A DNA stretch of 64,000 nucleotides from the human T2T-CHM13v2.0 reference genome, Homo sapiens: NCBI RefSeq assembly GCF_009914755.1, contig NC_060926.1. One strand, written 5' to 3'. Within the stretch, counting starts at the first letter, position 1. The number at the start of each line of letters is the position of its first letter. A program made the position numbers and the translations under genes. Positions 32,870 through 46,899 of the stretch are shown here, piece after piece. The notes under the pieces are model-generated. The model had not been told where the DNA came from and ran no database searches. It saw nothing but the letters and a program-made list of their open reading frames with translations.

Positions 32870-33679
32870 TCAAGAGTGGTCTGGCAAGAATCAAAGAAAG
32901 AAAAAACATTTGCAATTTCTCAGAAACCTAGGTTACGATGACCATATGTTCCCAATTACCACACTGCCCTTAAGCAATGAAGTTTATATACAAGTTGATT
33001 ATGTTTTTGTTCACTGGAATCTAAGTTGCTTTTTATCTCAGAATACTGAAATACTTATGACTTAGGCAACAGCTGCAACTCTTAGATGATTTTCAAATGA
33101 CCTAAATACAGAGATTTGGGGAAAATGAATTATGAACATGCAAACACATAACAGACAATTCAGCTCACCAGGTTTGAGATGATGCTAGATTTTTCTAACA
33201 TGTCTTCCTTTAACTGTATTTCATTTATTTAATGAATTATGCCTAATTTTCTAAGCTTCTTGCCATTGTATTGGTTCATATTATATAATTTCATAATTAG
33301 CATGAGAAAATATTATGCTTTATCACTACATTAATTAGAGCCAGGCATTTAAGGTAACATAAAAGCCTTATGTTACCTTACCCACTTTGTTAGGAATGAA
33401 CCTGTTATTTTTTCGTAAAGAATTTTCTTTTAGACCCACATTTAAGGACAGTCATATTGAAATGACAATTCATGTAGAGATACTTGGAAAGGGAACTTCA
33501 GAGTATGTTCTGTACAGTAAATATACTTACAGACTCTCCTACAGACACAGCACAATAACAAATATAACATATGGATGCTCCAAACTATTCATTATTAATC
33601 TATTCTCCTAAATCATTACCAATCTGATGCCTTTTGGAGTCTTTAGATTTGAGATTTTGCTTTCATCCTCAATCTGTCA

Positions 33680-33885
33680 GTTGAACAAAAATTTTCTGAG
33701 ACCTGACTTATGAGCCATGCACTGCTCTAGATCCTAGTATTGCCAAGAGAAATAAGACCTCATTATTAAATATAAATAAATAAAGCTGATTATTCCTTAT
33801 GACATTAGTCAGGAACTTATAATCTAGTCAAAGAAGATAGACAAGTGAAAAAAGAAAGAAATGTTATGTTTGCAATAGTAGACAT
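33680..33885 (-). mobile_element. L2 fragment
   Basis: ttgaacaaaaattttctgagacctgacttatgagccatgcactgctctag...caggaacttataatctag. Confidence 0.6.
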
Positions 33886-33889
33886 CTGT

Positions 33890-33921
33890 GGCCAGGCACA
33901 GTGGCTCACGCCTGTAATCCC
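33890..33921 (+). mobile_element. 32-bp Alu 5' stub
   Basis: ggccaggcacagtggctcacgcctgtaatccc, then abrupt end. Confidence 0.85.
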
Positions 33922-34483
33922 GAGGTTACGCCTATAATTGCAAGGTTTATGCGGTATTCTTAAACACTTTTCTAATCAGCAAATTTCATCATTTTTTCTT
34001 CCCTATATACAAGGAGGGAACAAATCCTATCAGGACTGTACACAGAGCTGGTCCAAACATCACTTTCACAAAAAGTAGAAAGAGATCATTTGGAGATAAG
34101 GGGAAGAAAGAGGCTAGGACGTTAAGCAGAAATAAGCTCATCATCTAAGTACTGGTGTGTTCCACTGAGACCTCCATAAGAAAGCACAGACTTTGGCTAT
34201 CAGACCTCTCCTGTTACCCAGTCTTGATATTCTCTTCTCCAGTTGACCTATCCTTCTTGAAAAATTAACATAGAAAACACGAATTTTTATCTGCCTTTAT
34301 GCTTGCCCCTAAAAAGAGGCCTGTAGCATTTGAGATGCTGTGTGGAATTCAAAGAATGTCAGTTGGATAATTCTTTGTCAGTTTTTAAAGCCTTAGTTTC
34401 AACAAATCTATGTTATATTAGACCACATCACTAATTTACATAGATTCTTATTTCTTTGTCATAAAATGATTGCAAATTTTATA

Positions 34484-35116
<633 letters not shown>

Positions 35117-36199
35117 TTAGGATAAAATATGTGAATCATATTAAGACCAAAATACTGAAAAATTAGGGCAATGTCTACTTTATAAATCCCTTACTATTAT
35201 CGTGGTCAAATGGTAAACTATAAATTTAGTCTGTGGTCTTTTTAAAAGAGTGATTTTATAAGTGTTTTTATGTTCTAGAGCACACTTTCTGGAGTTCTTA
35301 CAAACCAATCCACACCTCTTGACTCTCAATTGCAGGAACTCTTAGAGGAAACACTTCTGAAGTTTAGACATCTTCCAAATGGCTATCTATTATTCACTTA
35401 TAAGAAATACCAGTTTTGAGGATAATGAAAGAGGTTCCAGAGAAAGCATATGGACATCAGGAAATTATGTTGCATTTTGATCTTAAACAAGTCATCTGCA
35501 AGTGTCCCTTGAGAGATGAGATTGGCCTAGGACTTCATTTTCAAAGAGAATTGATGGAGCATTAAAGCCAAAAATGTTTGGGACCAACTACACAGTCCAA
35601 TCAGCTTATCTTTGAATGAACTATGACAGACACCAAATGTAACGCCAAAAAAAATCAAAGCAATTGCCTGTGGATTCTGCCAATAGAGGAAAATTCTGCC
35701 AGTAAAAAAGAGCATGCTTGGCCTAGCAGCTGGAGTCTCAAACTGCTTTTTAAACATAAGCAAAAAAAATAGAAATACAAAGAAACAGTGATCAAGAATA
35801 GTTTGGAGAGTATAACATGGGAATATTCAATACAAATGTCTTTGTTAGTCATTCTGTAAATCTTTCTTTGCCAAGGTGGATCACTAGATATTTCTCATCC
35901 AACAGAAATGCTTCAATACTATATTAGGTAGCACATCCTATTTAATTATTCAACTTTTTCCAATGTGCTTTCCTTAAGAGTCAAGGGAAGACAGTGACAA
36001 GAGAAAGGGAATATATGCTAGATGCTTCAGAGACATTAATTTCTTTATTGCCTGTGTTTCTTCTCAAGAAGAAAACTCACGGATCTCTTAAAAAAAAAAA
36101 AAGCTTGGAACTAAAACAATTGAAAAGATTAAAGCCACTCAGAACCTCAGAGAGTCACAGGAAGGACCTTAGAAACTCCCTGATTGCTTTTCCCATTCC

Positions 36200-37235
36200 A
36201 GGAAGTTTCCACCAGCCTCTTCTTGTGCACTTGTGGAAATGGGAACTCCCCTGGTTATAAGCATGCTCATATCGTCACTGCGGAGCCTCAGTGTTCTATG
36301 TGCCCCTTCTAACTCTGCCGTCTGATGTAACGAAGACCAAGCCTACTGTTTCTTTCATGTATGCCCCTTCCTTCAATTATTAGGTAGCATCAATGGCCTC
36401 CCAATTTTCCTGTTTTTCTAAGACAAACCTCCAATTTATGCAATGATATCTTGGATACCTTTTGACTCTTTATCATCCTGTTCAACTTCCTCTCTGTGTT
36501 TGATCAGTTACTAAGGATCACGTGTAGGACAGGTTCAGATGACTGAATATGATAAATATAGTAAAAAAGTTCAGTTTCAGTCTGCTATAATTAACTGTGT
36601 CTGTTGTTAGGTTAACTATCTCTTGAGGCGGCTTGTTAAACTGACTAGCATGACCTGTGCCCTACACTCACTAAAATATACAAATCTATGCAATCTTCAG
36701 AGTGTTTCTTGGTCCTCTCCAGACTAATTTATAGCTTCTTCCCATCCCAATAACATCCTAAACTTGCTCCAAGCTCAGCCTATCTCATCTCAAGATCACC
36801 TGCAGCACACCCCAAGCTCATTCCAACTTATTCTCACCTCCTTCTAAGGCCAACTCAACCTCATTTCAACCTCACTCTTACTGCATCAGAAAACCTTCTT
36901 CTCTAGGTATCTTTTGATCCCTTTTAGTAAACTCTACAACATCCTTAAAGTTAAGCAAACAATAAGTCTTTTTATATAAATATGTGTATAAATTTGATCT
37001 TTTGTAAGCCAACTGAAATAGGTCCAAGGCACACTCTTAAAGACAGTGTCTACAAGTAAACTCAATACTCCAGGTGTAGTACAATCAGCACAGAGAACAG
37101 AGGTAACTTTACTATGTTTGATCAAGACAATACTTTTATGAGTGTAACCTAGATTTGCATTAGCATTTTGAGTAATGATGACACAACTATGTTGAACTTG
37201 TAATCTACTTAAATGATAAAGTCTTTTTCACAATA
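36200..37235 (-). mobile_element. L3/CR1 fragment split by a roughly 510-bp insertion (about 36523-37033)
   Basis: ccagcctcttcttg...catcctgttcaacttcctct | ctcttaaa...caatactccaggtgt...tttgcattagc...gtctttttcaca follows the L3 consensus order. Confidence 0.65.
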
Positions 37236-39067
37236 GCATGTTAAAAACGCATTCAACCAGTAAGGGTGTGATAAAGCATATTAAATGATGGCAATGTCAA
37301 TACTTTAGAGTAATGTTATAGACCATGGCTAAAATTTACATGAGAATAGAAGAGGCAATTTGATCACATTTATACTTTTAGAGTTAACCAATTCAGTCTA
37401 TTGTTTTTTTCAATATATCCCTCACTTAGCCATTGATCATTACTTCATTTCTGAGTTTGAGATTTTGATTCCTACTAAATCACTTGAGAAGAATAGTACA
37501 TTAAACCGTCAAGTATGGCTAGGAGAGGAAATTTTGACAGAGAATAAGAGAGAAGCATAAAGAAGAGAACTAAACACCTACAGTAAAATGAGCAGAAAGG
37601 CTACTGAACCAGGAGGACGAGATCACTAAAGAAAGCTTCACTAGATCCAAAGTGTTCATTAAAGTTAATTCTGTTGATGACAGCACTAAAACCTCCAACC
37701 AACCCTCCTTGCACTTCCCAAGAAGGCACATAGATGATGACTTCCACATTCTTGAAAGACAACATGCCTCTCCAATGGTAAAAGCTTCAGAGTCATGACA
37801 GAAGAGGAAACATGCCCATCTCTCATTACTGTGAGTGGAGGTTTCCTGGGTATTACTGGGGTACAACAAAAGGAACCATTTGAATAATGAACTATGTTCA
37901 TTAATTTTCAAGGATCTTAATTTATTCAAATTAGTTTTCCTATTTACTAGCTTCTGATGTGGAAAAGAGTTAAGAATGCAGGAGAAAAAGTAGAGAGAGT
38001 TCAAGGATTAATTTTCAGGATCCAAGAGTTCATAATCAACCCAAGATTAAAGTTGGAAGTATTTAGTGCTACCAAATACTTATGTGCATATGGATTTATA
38101 TGCCAGATTTATCAGGCAACAGAAGCCTAAGGTAGCAGGTTGGATTGATTTTATGGTGAGGAGACTACAAAAATAATCACTCAACAGCCCAGTCCAACTC
38201 TCCTTGAATTGCCTTAGTTTGATTGTCACATTGGAAATTCCTAATCGCTATCACGTAGCTCATTCCATTAGTACTTTCCTTTAGATTAATACCTGGTTGC
38301 AAGAATTAGATTTTACCAACAACAGTAATAAACACAGAGGGGCACTGCCTCACCATAGTCAGGGAAATGCAGAAAAATAAATGCCCATCTTGTACACATG
38401 CTTTGCTTTTCATTAAGATATAAATATATCTATATGTACAACATCCAACGGGGTCATTCTATCTTCAGTGGTAGACAACAAAATATGGAAAGGTCAATCT
38501 TCTCTATTTCCTTTTTCTGTAAGCACTGCTAAGACTGCTGTGAAGGCTTACTTCCTAATTACTTCCAGATACTCGAATTAAGTTGTGTGTCTATGTCAAT
38601 CATGATGTGATATGACATGATAAGAGAGGATGACCCTGTGATGTGACATAATGCCCTGACCATCACTCATAGATGCACTTAATGATGCACAAATGTATGC
38701 CATAATCCAGCTAGCAAAAGAGCAGAGTCAAATGTCAGTTAGCTTTTCAATCTCTGTGCTAAATTAATAAAAGGAATAGTGTAGTGTAATAATAAGTCAC
38801 TCAAAGCTTAACACATATAAAATCACTACCTCTAAGAAGCAACCATGCCTATTAGCAGGAAAGGAAACTGGCTGGACCTGAAGTTTTGCAGAATGGCTAG
38901 TGAGAATGACAATAACATGACAGTGCCATTCTATGTCTCCCTGCTGTTCTTACAGCACTTGTCAGTAAAACTATGTTTACATATAGGGAGAATATTTGTA
39001 GAGTCCTTGGGTACTACACCTGGGGATTTCCTAGGCTTTAGGTTTCTAGGGAATTTAGGGTGCCTTA

Positions 39068-39461
39068 TGCTATGGTTTGAATGTGTCTCCTCCAAAAATT
39101 CATATGTTGGAACTTTAATGCAATTCAATGCAATAGTGTTGGCAGGTGGAGCCTGACAGAAGGTGTTTAGGTCATGAGGCCTATGCCCTCATGAATGGAT
39201 TAATGTTATTATAAAAACATTTGCAAGACAGGGTTTGTTGTCTTTTGCTCTTCTGCCATGTGAGGACACAACAGTTGTCCCCTCTTGCCTTTCTACCTTC
39301 TGCTATGTGAGGATGCAGCAAGAAGGCCCTCACCAGACAGCAGATGTTGGCATTTTGATCTTGGACCTCCCACCCTCCAGAACTGTGAAAAATAAACTTC
39401 TATTCTTTATAAATTACCCAGTCTATGGTATTCTTTATAGCAGCACAAACAGACTAAGACA
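39068..39461 (+). mobile_element. MaLR solo LTR, MSTC/MSTD-like
   Basis: TGCTATGGTTTGAATGTGTC...gccctcatgaatggattaat...ataaattacccagtct...agactaagaCA. Confidence 0.88.
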
Positions 39462-40109
39462 ACGGAAATAATATATTTCAAGAGTTTTCATTTCAGATCC
39501 CCTTTCAGATTGATTTCAGTTAATGGCCATGTCTTGATTATCATTGCTTGCCCTCATGGTACACAATGATGGAGGAGAGCCCTAAATATGTTGGATGGTG
39601 TACCTTTCTGCCTTAGTGACACAAATTTCCTCCTCACGGCCAAGAAATTTTCATGGGAATCAGAATAATAAGCTGGGTGTTAAAGAGTTCCATATTTTGA
39701 GAGCTACTGAGCTGATTCAATTTTCCCAGTGTGATTTACCTCCAAGAACTGTAGAAATGACCAATCAAAAGAATCACAGATAGAAGTGATGACTGCTTTT
39801 TCCTTTTTCTGCCAAGTCTGCTTGGAAACGCTGAGAAGACTGATCCACACACACCAATTTAAAAAATAGCACATTGTTTCCTCCACTTAAATTTAGCTTT
39901 TGCATCACATCCTTACAGCTGTTTATTCTCCTTGCACTTTGAGTTTCTAGACTGTTCTATTTGTCATTGATTTTGATGCTTCTTACTGTCCAATAGTTTG
40001 AAAGGACATTTCCTTTCCTTGAGTCATATTCTCATGGGATTAGGTCAGTTGGTCAGGTCAGTTGGTGTTTTTTCAAGCTGTAGTTTGTACCTTGAAGATT
40101 TTAGGTACA

Positions 40110-40394
<285 letters not shown>

Positions 40395-41659
40395 AAGATT
40401 TTAGATACAAACAACTGGGCTATTGACGGCGGCTTCCTATCATTTCAGGCAAGCCAATGAAAACTTCACCTGGGTCTTTATTAAACAGAAATACTTTCAG
40501 TGGTCTATTCAGATTATCATTAACTTTATACAGTTCAGAAGTCAATCTGTGATATCAAAAAGGGTAGGATCGTGCATCTGAGGATCATACATTTCATATC
40601 ATTGTTCTCTGGTTGAAAAATCCTGCTCTAACATGCTTGCAGGGTACCTCAGGAGTGTGACATTAACAGTGACTACCAGAGACAAGTTTAATTATATCAC
40701 AGTGTAGTAGAGAGATCCTGCTATATGAATTGATATCAAAGAAACTTATTTTTTACTTTCAAGGCCAAATAAATTCTTACAGTAAGAAGAGAAGAATAAA
40801 TAGACCCAACTGATTTCTTATTAACTATGTGTGACTATTTCTTTTGAAAAAGTACTTTAGTTTGTTTCACTGATGAAGACTATCACCAAAAAGCATACAC
40901 AAAATAGTCTTTTTTGTGTGATACCCAATATAATAGGAAATTCACTGTAGAGAAATAATTATTTTTTCAAATACTTTGAAATAAGAGTAAAAATTTCTTC
41001 TCTCTTGCATCACAAATTGTAACATAGACCATTTCTCCATAGGAATCAAACACAGTCCAATCAGCACCGTTGGTAAATGGTTCCAAAACAGGAAAGCAAA
41101 TGAAAGATGACAACAAATGTAAAATCAGAGGTGTCCTGTTGAATCATGAAAGTGTTTATTTTAGCTTAAGAATTACTGACATCCCAAACTACTGCAGTGC
41201 CAAACCACTGCAGTTTACCTTGATCATCCTCTTCAAATTCTATTTCTATTTTAAAAGTTATGTATGTACAGCAAGCCCATGGAAAACTTAGCAAGGTACA
41301 TGGTTTAAAAGGAAAATGACAAATTTCTTCTCAGTGGTTACATTGCAAATAAATTATGTTGAATGATTCAGTGTATTTTTAAAATTTCAGTTGGAGGGTC
41401 AGCCTGTGCCAAACCTGATGAAGTACACCTTCTATTAATTACCACAGAACTTTGGAAGAAATGAAGGTGAAATTCAGTTCTGAAAAAAAAAAAAAAGAAA
41501 AAAAAAAACACCTGTTTGTATTTCACTAGCTAACCAGGGTAGGATGACTCCACAGGACCTTGGGAATCTCCAGATGCCTGCGGAACACTTTTTCTAAGAA
41601 GATGTTAACTGTGATGATATAATACCCATAATTGAGACCAAGGGAGTGGGTGAAAGCAG

Positions 41660-42090
41660 TTAATATTTTACTTTATTGAGCATTTACATGTCCCAGATAC
41701 TATGCTAGGCACTTAAAACATAATTACTCACTTTTTTCTATCAATGATATGAAGTAGTTAGCATAACGTGTATATTATAAATATAAAAATTAACATTCTT
41801 GGAATAAAAGTAGTTTATATAATAAGTAGCAGAGCTGGCAGGAATTTGTTTGCAAAGCCATTTCTTTAGATTAAAACACTTTTCCTCCAAGGAATCGAAA
41901 TGTTCAACATTACTCAAGTGGGTATCATGAGACCTGAGTCTAATCCATGCTTTATTCATAGCTTACAGACTTTGGGTAACTGCGCCTCAGCCCTCATTCC
42001 CCTCTGTGTAAAATAGAAAATATAATAATACCTATTTCATAAAGGTGATGATCAAAATATTAAATATATATAAAAACCTGTGACAAGTAA
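41660..42090. mobile_element. Two MIR fragments in opposite orientations
   Basis: tttattgagcatttacatgtcccagatactatgctaggc (minus); gcctcagccctcattccctctgtgtaaaatag...aataatacct (plus). Confidence 0.55.
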
Positions 42091-42339
42091 CCAGAAACAG
42101 CTATTATTTTTTATGGACCCTCAATGTGTTACTTGCAAACTGAGACAACCAAGAGTGTTTCTACTCTAATTCTATGATATTCTACCTTGTGATTTAGCAT
42201 TTTCTATATGTCTGTCCTCATAGCTCATAGCTCCCATGACTAATCCAGGAGTGACCCAAAGAAGAGCCTGACTTTTTAACAAGTCATTAATGTCAAGTCA
42301 AGTTCAGCAAAGAGAAAGGCTATAGTCTCAGGTAATGAG

Positions 42340-42975
42340 AAGTATGATGAACAAAGCAGCAAGGTAAAGAGAAAGAGAATAACTGGGCCGGTATTCAAAA
42401 GTGTGAATAAGCAAGCAAGGGCTATTAGAGAAGGTAAAATTCGAGCAGAGAACTAAATGAAATGAGCGATCAAGTCATTTGAAAATCTAGAGGGAAAGCA
42501 TTTGGAGCAGAGGAAATAGCAAACACAGAAGTCTTAGTGTGTGAATAAGATTGGTGTGCTCAAGAACAGCAGTAGGGCTGAAGTGGAAGGGGCAGGGATG
42601 GAGGGGATGGGAGGCCACAAGGCTGCCACCAGTTCACACAGGGCCTCGCAGACCAAGTTTAATTCTTAGGAGTCTGGAACCTTATTTTACCTGTCACCTT
42701 CAGCCAGAAGAAAATTTCATGCACATAAGTGACATAAATGTTTTACATTTTTAAAAGCCCACTGGCTGCTGTGTACAGAAAAGCCTGAAGAGGAAGAAGG
42801 AACAGAGGTAAGAACTACAGTGAGGACATGTTACAAAAGTCCAGAGAAGAATGGTGTTTTGAACTAGAATGTCAGTGTTCAAGGGTTGGTTAGGGGATAG
42901 AGCATGAGTGTCATGTTGACAGGACTTGGCTAAAGCGCTGGCAACAGAGTGACAGTGAATGAGAAAAATCAGTGA
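42340..42975 (-). mobile_element. L2 fragment
   Basis: ggaaagcatttggagcagaggaaatagcaaa...tttacatttttaaaagcccactggctgctgtg...tgacaggacttggct. Confidence 0.7.
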
Positions 42976-45529
42976 TTCCAGGTTTGCTACGTATTGGAAT
43001 GGGGCATGGAGGAAGACCTTTGGCAGAAGCTAATGCTGTCCACTTGTCTAGGCTCCCCACAACGGTGCCCATTTTCTCCTGATGTCAACTCAGATCTGCC
43101 CAGTTCTTCACTAACCTATCTGCTGGGCTTTCTCAAAATTCCCAATTCTCCAGGTAGGTCACATTTGACCTCTGTCCCCTATAACTCCATGATCAGAACT
43201 CAGGCTTAAAGTCAAGAGATAGTAAAGAAAAAAATAGCCCGGAAGCCCCAAAACGGTCATCACAGCTCGGCATGTAGGGAGTACTCCCAAAGTTGACCAA
43301 AGGGAACAATCAATCAAAACACATTAACTATCTACTATGTGTCTTACCTGGTTTTGATACCATAGAAAATTTAACATAAGTTTTAAAACTTAACCACCTA
43401 GAAATTAAAATGTAGTTGAAAAACACAACAGTATGTATAGCACAATTACAAACAAAATCTCATAATGATATGACTATGGCTGTATCTTAAAAATACAAGA
43501 ATTCAGTAGAGAAAAAGGTATATGAGTTCCTGTCTGACAGTACCCAACACAGCGACTGGCATACGGTACCTTCCATGACTTAAAAACAATTTATCAATGA
43601 ATTACTTAATTTATTAATAGAACCGAAGTACTTGGGATTGGCATTATATAAAAGAGGAACTTGAGAAAAAAAAAACATCATATTCCACAAGTTATTTGTG
43701 CAAAAAAATATACAAAATAGGCCAACTATTGGAACAGTGAGGAGGCCCAGAAAAGACCAACATGCTATTTAAGAAATAATACATAAGAAACCATTCTTGC
43801 CCTTTCTTTTTATATGCTGTCTCATCAATACACAAAGTTTTATGTTTTCTATGCTATCTTGAGATAAATTTTCCATGAAAGGAGAACAAGGCCTCTCTGA
43901 ATTTCTATAAGCCACATCACTGTCCTCTCTCCGCATACTGAGCCTTGCTGCCACCCAGCCAAGAGAAGCATGTGTTTGCCCACTGATACTCTTGGGCAGA
44001 GAGAGGTCAGTCCTCCCTGAATCTCCCTGTGAGCCTGTAAAGCTGGTTGGCAATTCTAGCTGGTTGGCAATTTTGAATATTCGAAAGCATCTGAGATAAT
44101 AGGCAACTTATTTCCTGGAGAAGTATTTACTCTCTGCTTTGACCCTTGGTATCTCTTCTATTGCCTAAAACATAAAAGCCACAGCAATTTACCAGATTGT
44201 CAATTTCCTCTCTAAGCTGATTTTATCTTTGCCCTTAACTTAAAACCAAATAACAGAGGAAATGGACCACAAATGGATTGGTTTAAAGGTGAACCCCAGA
44301 TACAAAATGGCTTAGCCGGCAGGAAGAATTCACCCACATCATCTCTGCCGCATTACACATTACAATTTTGAAGCAGATCCATTGTCACTTATGAAAATAG
44401 TAGTTTCTTTTTGACAGTTTCCACCAAAAGGCAGGGTATTCTCCACATTTCTTTGCCTTTCTCCTATCATACATTAGGAAGGCTGCCAAAATTCATTTGA
44501 TTAAGAAAAAAGACTGGCTTTCTTGCCTGTCTGCTTTCATTCCTTCGAAAGGAGTGCCTTACCTACAATTTTTCAGAATAAGGAGAGACCCAAAATAGTG
44601 TGTCATTGCCAGAGACTCATTAGCCAGCCTCACTTTCTACCCCACTCACAAGGATAGAATCAAAATTTAATCCCCGCAGTACATCTGAGCAGTTTGGAGA
44701 AATTCACTGGTTTATCACAAGGAATGCAAAAAGCTGAAAAAATACTTTTCACACATCAGATGGACAACTTCAAATTTCTCTGGATGACCACCAAAGGAAA
44801 ACTTATCTTTCAGATGGTTGAAGAAGACCTTATTCTGCCTTCTTTATTTGCTAGGACAGACACTTTAGTCAGACATCTTCTCTCTAATCAACCCCTCCCC
44901 AAAACTATCATTAGGAAATACATCAGAGAGCTCCCCTTCAATCATGAGAAAATCCGGCTGCAATCTCCTCAGGCATTTTAAGGTATGGGTCTTCAGTGAG
45001 ATATTTTTCTTCCTTCTTTATGGTTGAAAGTTAGAAAAGCTGTTGCCTACGTACACAGAGGCCTCTCCAAGCAGTCAGATCATATTCCAGTTTGGTGAGA
45101 AAGCCTTTGATTAAGCCAGCTTTCTCTTCACCTGCTGTGACAGGCCCAGGAAGAAGATATCTGCCTTCCTAGAATGATTAACTGGCTGTGAGAAGGAGCT
45201 CTAGTATTAGCGCAGAGCTGGCTTCTCTGTACTAGGTTCTCAGATCAGAGCAAGAAAAGATATGGGAAACTGACCCCAAAGAGAAAAAAGTCAGGAAGTT
45301 CATACGTTTTCGCAGTGATCTTTCTAGCACTCAGAAACACACATTCACTTACACAATACTCCCACACTCCCCACCTACATACAGGTTTGATATTAAATGC
45401 AATACAAAGGTTGCAAGTTCTCCAAAATGAGATATGCTTTTAAAAACTGGTTGCAGAAAAACTGCACCTATTTTTTCCATGATACAAAAATCACCCTAAG
45501 ACATGTAAGTTGGCAGATGGTACGCTTAC

Positions 45530-46107
45530 TGTTAAAGGAAAATTACACAGGACAAGATAAGCAAACAGAAGTTTATTTTATTCTGATATTATCACTAGCA
45601 ATATGAGAGAAAGCACAGACCACTTCTGAGTGCTCAACTCCACTGAAACAAATGGTAGAGTAGTTTTTAAGGACGGGGTGAACTAGAAGAAAAGTACTGG
45701 AAAATATTCATGGGGAGGCCAATCAGTGGAATGTGTTCAGTACATTGAATTATTCCTGAGTTTGCAAATGTTTTTCTCTGTGACTAGGTCATCTGTGTTT
45801 CCTAATTGTTACCTATAGAAGTTAGGGTCCTACCCTCCCACAAAGACTGGGAAAAAGGAACACCATCCCCAGTTATTTCTAACAGATCATTCCCAGGTTC
45901 TTGACAAAGACCTTTCCTGGATTGTAAACTTGCAAGAGGCTGGGAGAAGATTTACATATCAATGGGACACAGCAAGTATTTATAATTGCATGTTTTCTAA
46001 AATATGGAATTTCTGCTCTAGGAAATAGAAGTCAAAGACCTACAGTTAGGAGAAAACCTTTCTGAAGTTTAGTCAAGCAGAAGGGAATTTTAAAGCAGTA
46101 GTGCTCA
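45530..46107 (-). mobile_element. ERV1 solo LTR, MER67-like
   Basis: TG...CA ends with TSD TTAC at 45526-45529 and 46108-46111; gcaagaggctgggagaagatttacat and agtttagtcaagc landmarks. Confidence 0.8.
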
Positions 46108-46521
46108 TTACCCATTCCCAGCTGTTCCTCAAGGAGCCCTCTCTCTGCCATTGTGTCCACTTTTTTCAGCAAGATAGAAAACATTTAGAGGTTCCAGTTT
46201 AGGTCACACTCCCTTACTATTTTCCCACTGTCCCACAAGTTGTGTCAGCTTACCTTAACACCCTTTACCTCTCTACATTCTGAAACCTTTTATCTTTCTT
46301 TTGTGAATATCATCTTCAGTTCAGTATTACGATATTTAGCACAATTTATAAACATTTTTTCTAGCCTACTAAAAAAACAAAAAACAAAACCTGTGGATGC
46401 CTGACTACATCTGGCCACATGGATAAGACCTGGAAATCTCAGTAGCATCAGAAATAAAATTATCTAATTTTTACAGGGCATATTTTAAGAATCATTGTTT
46501 GTAACTTTAAATATAATTAGT

Positions 46522-46899
<378 letters not shown>

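Noticed and set aside
44694-44981. 95-aa plus ORF and 94-aa minus ORF at 43769-44053 as coding exons
   Set aside because: Non-ATG starts, no recognisable domain, and lengths within chance expectation.
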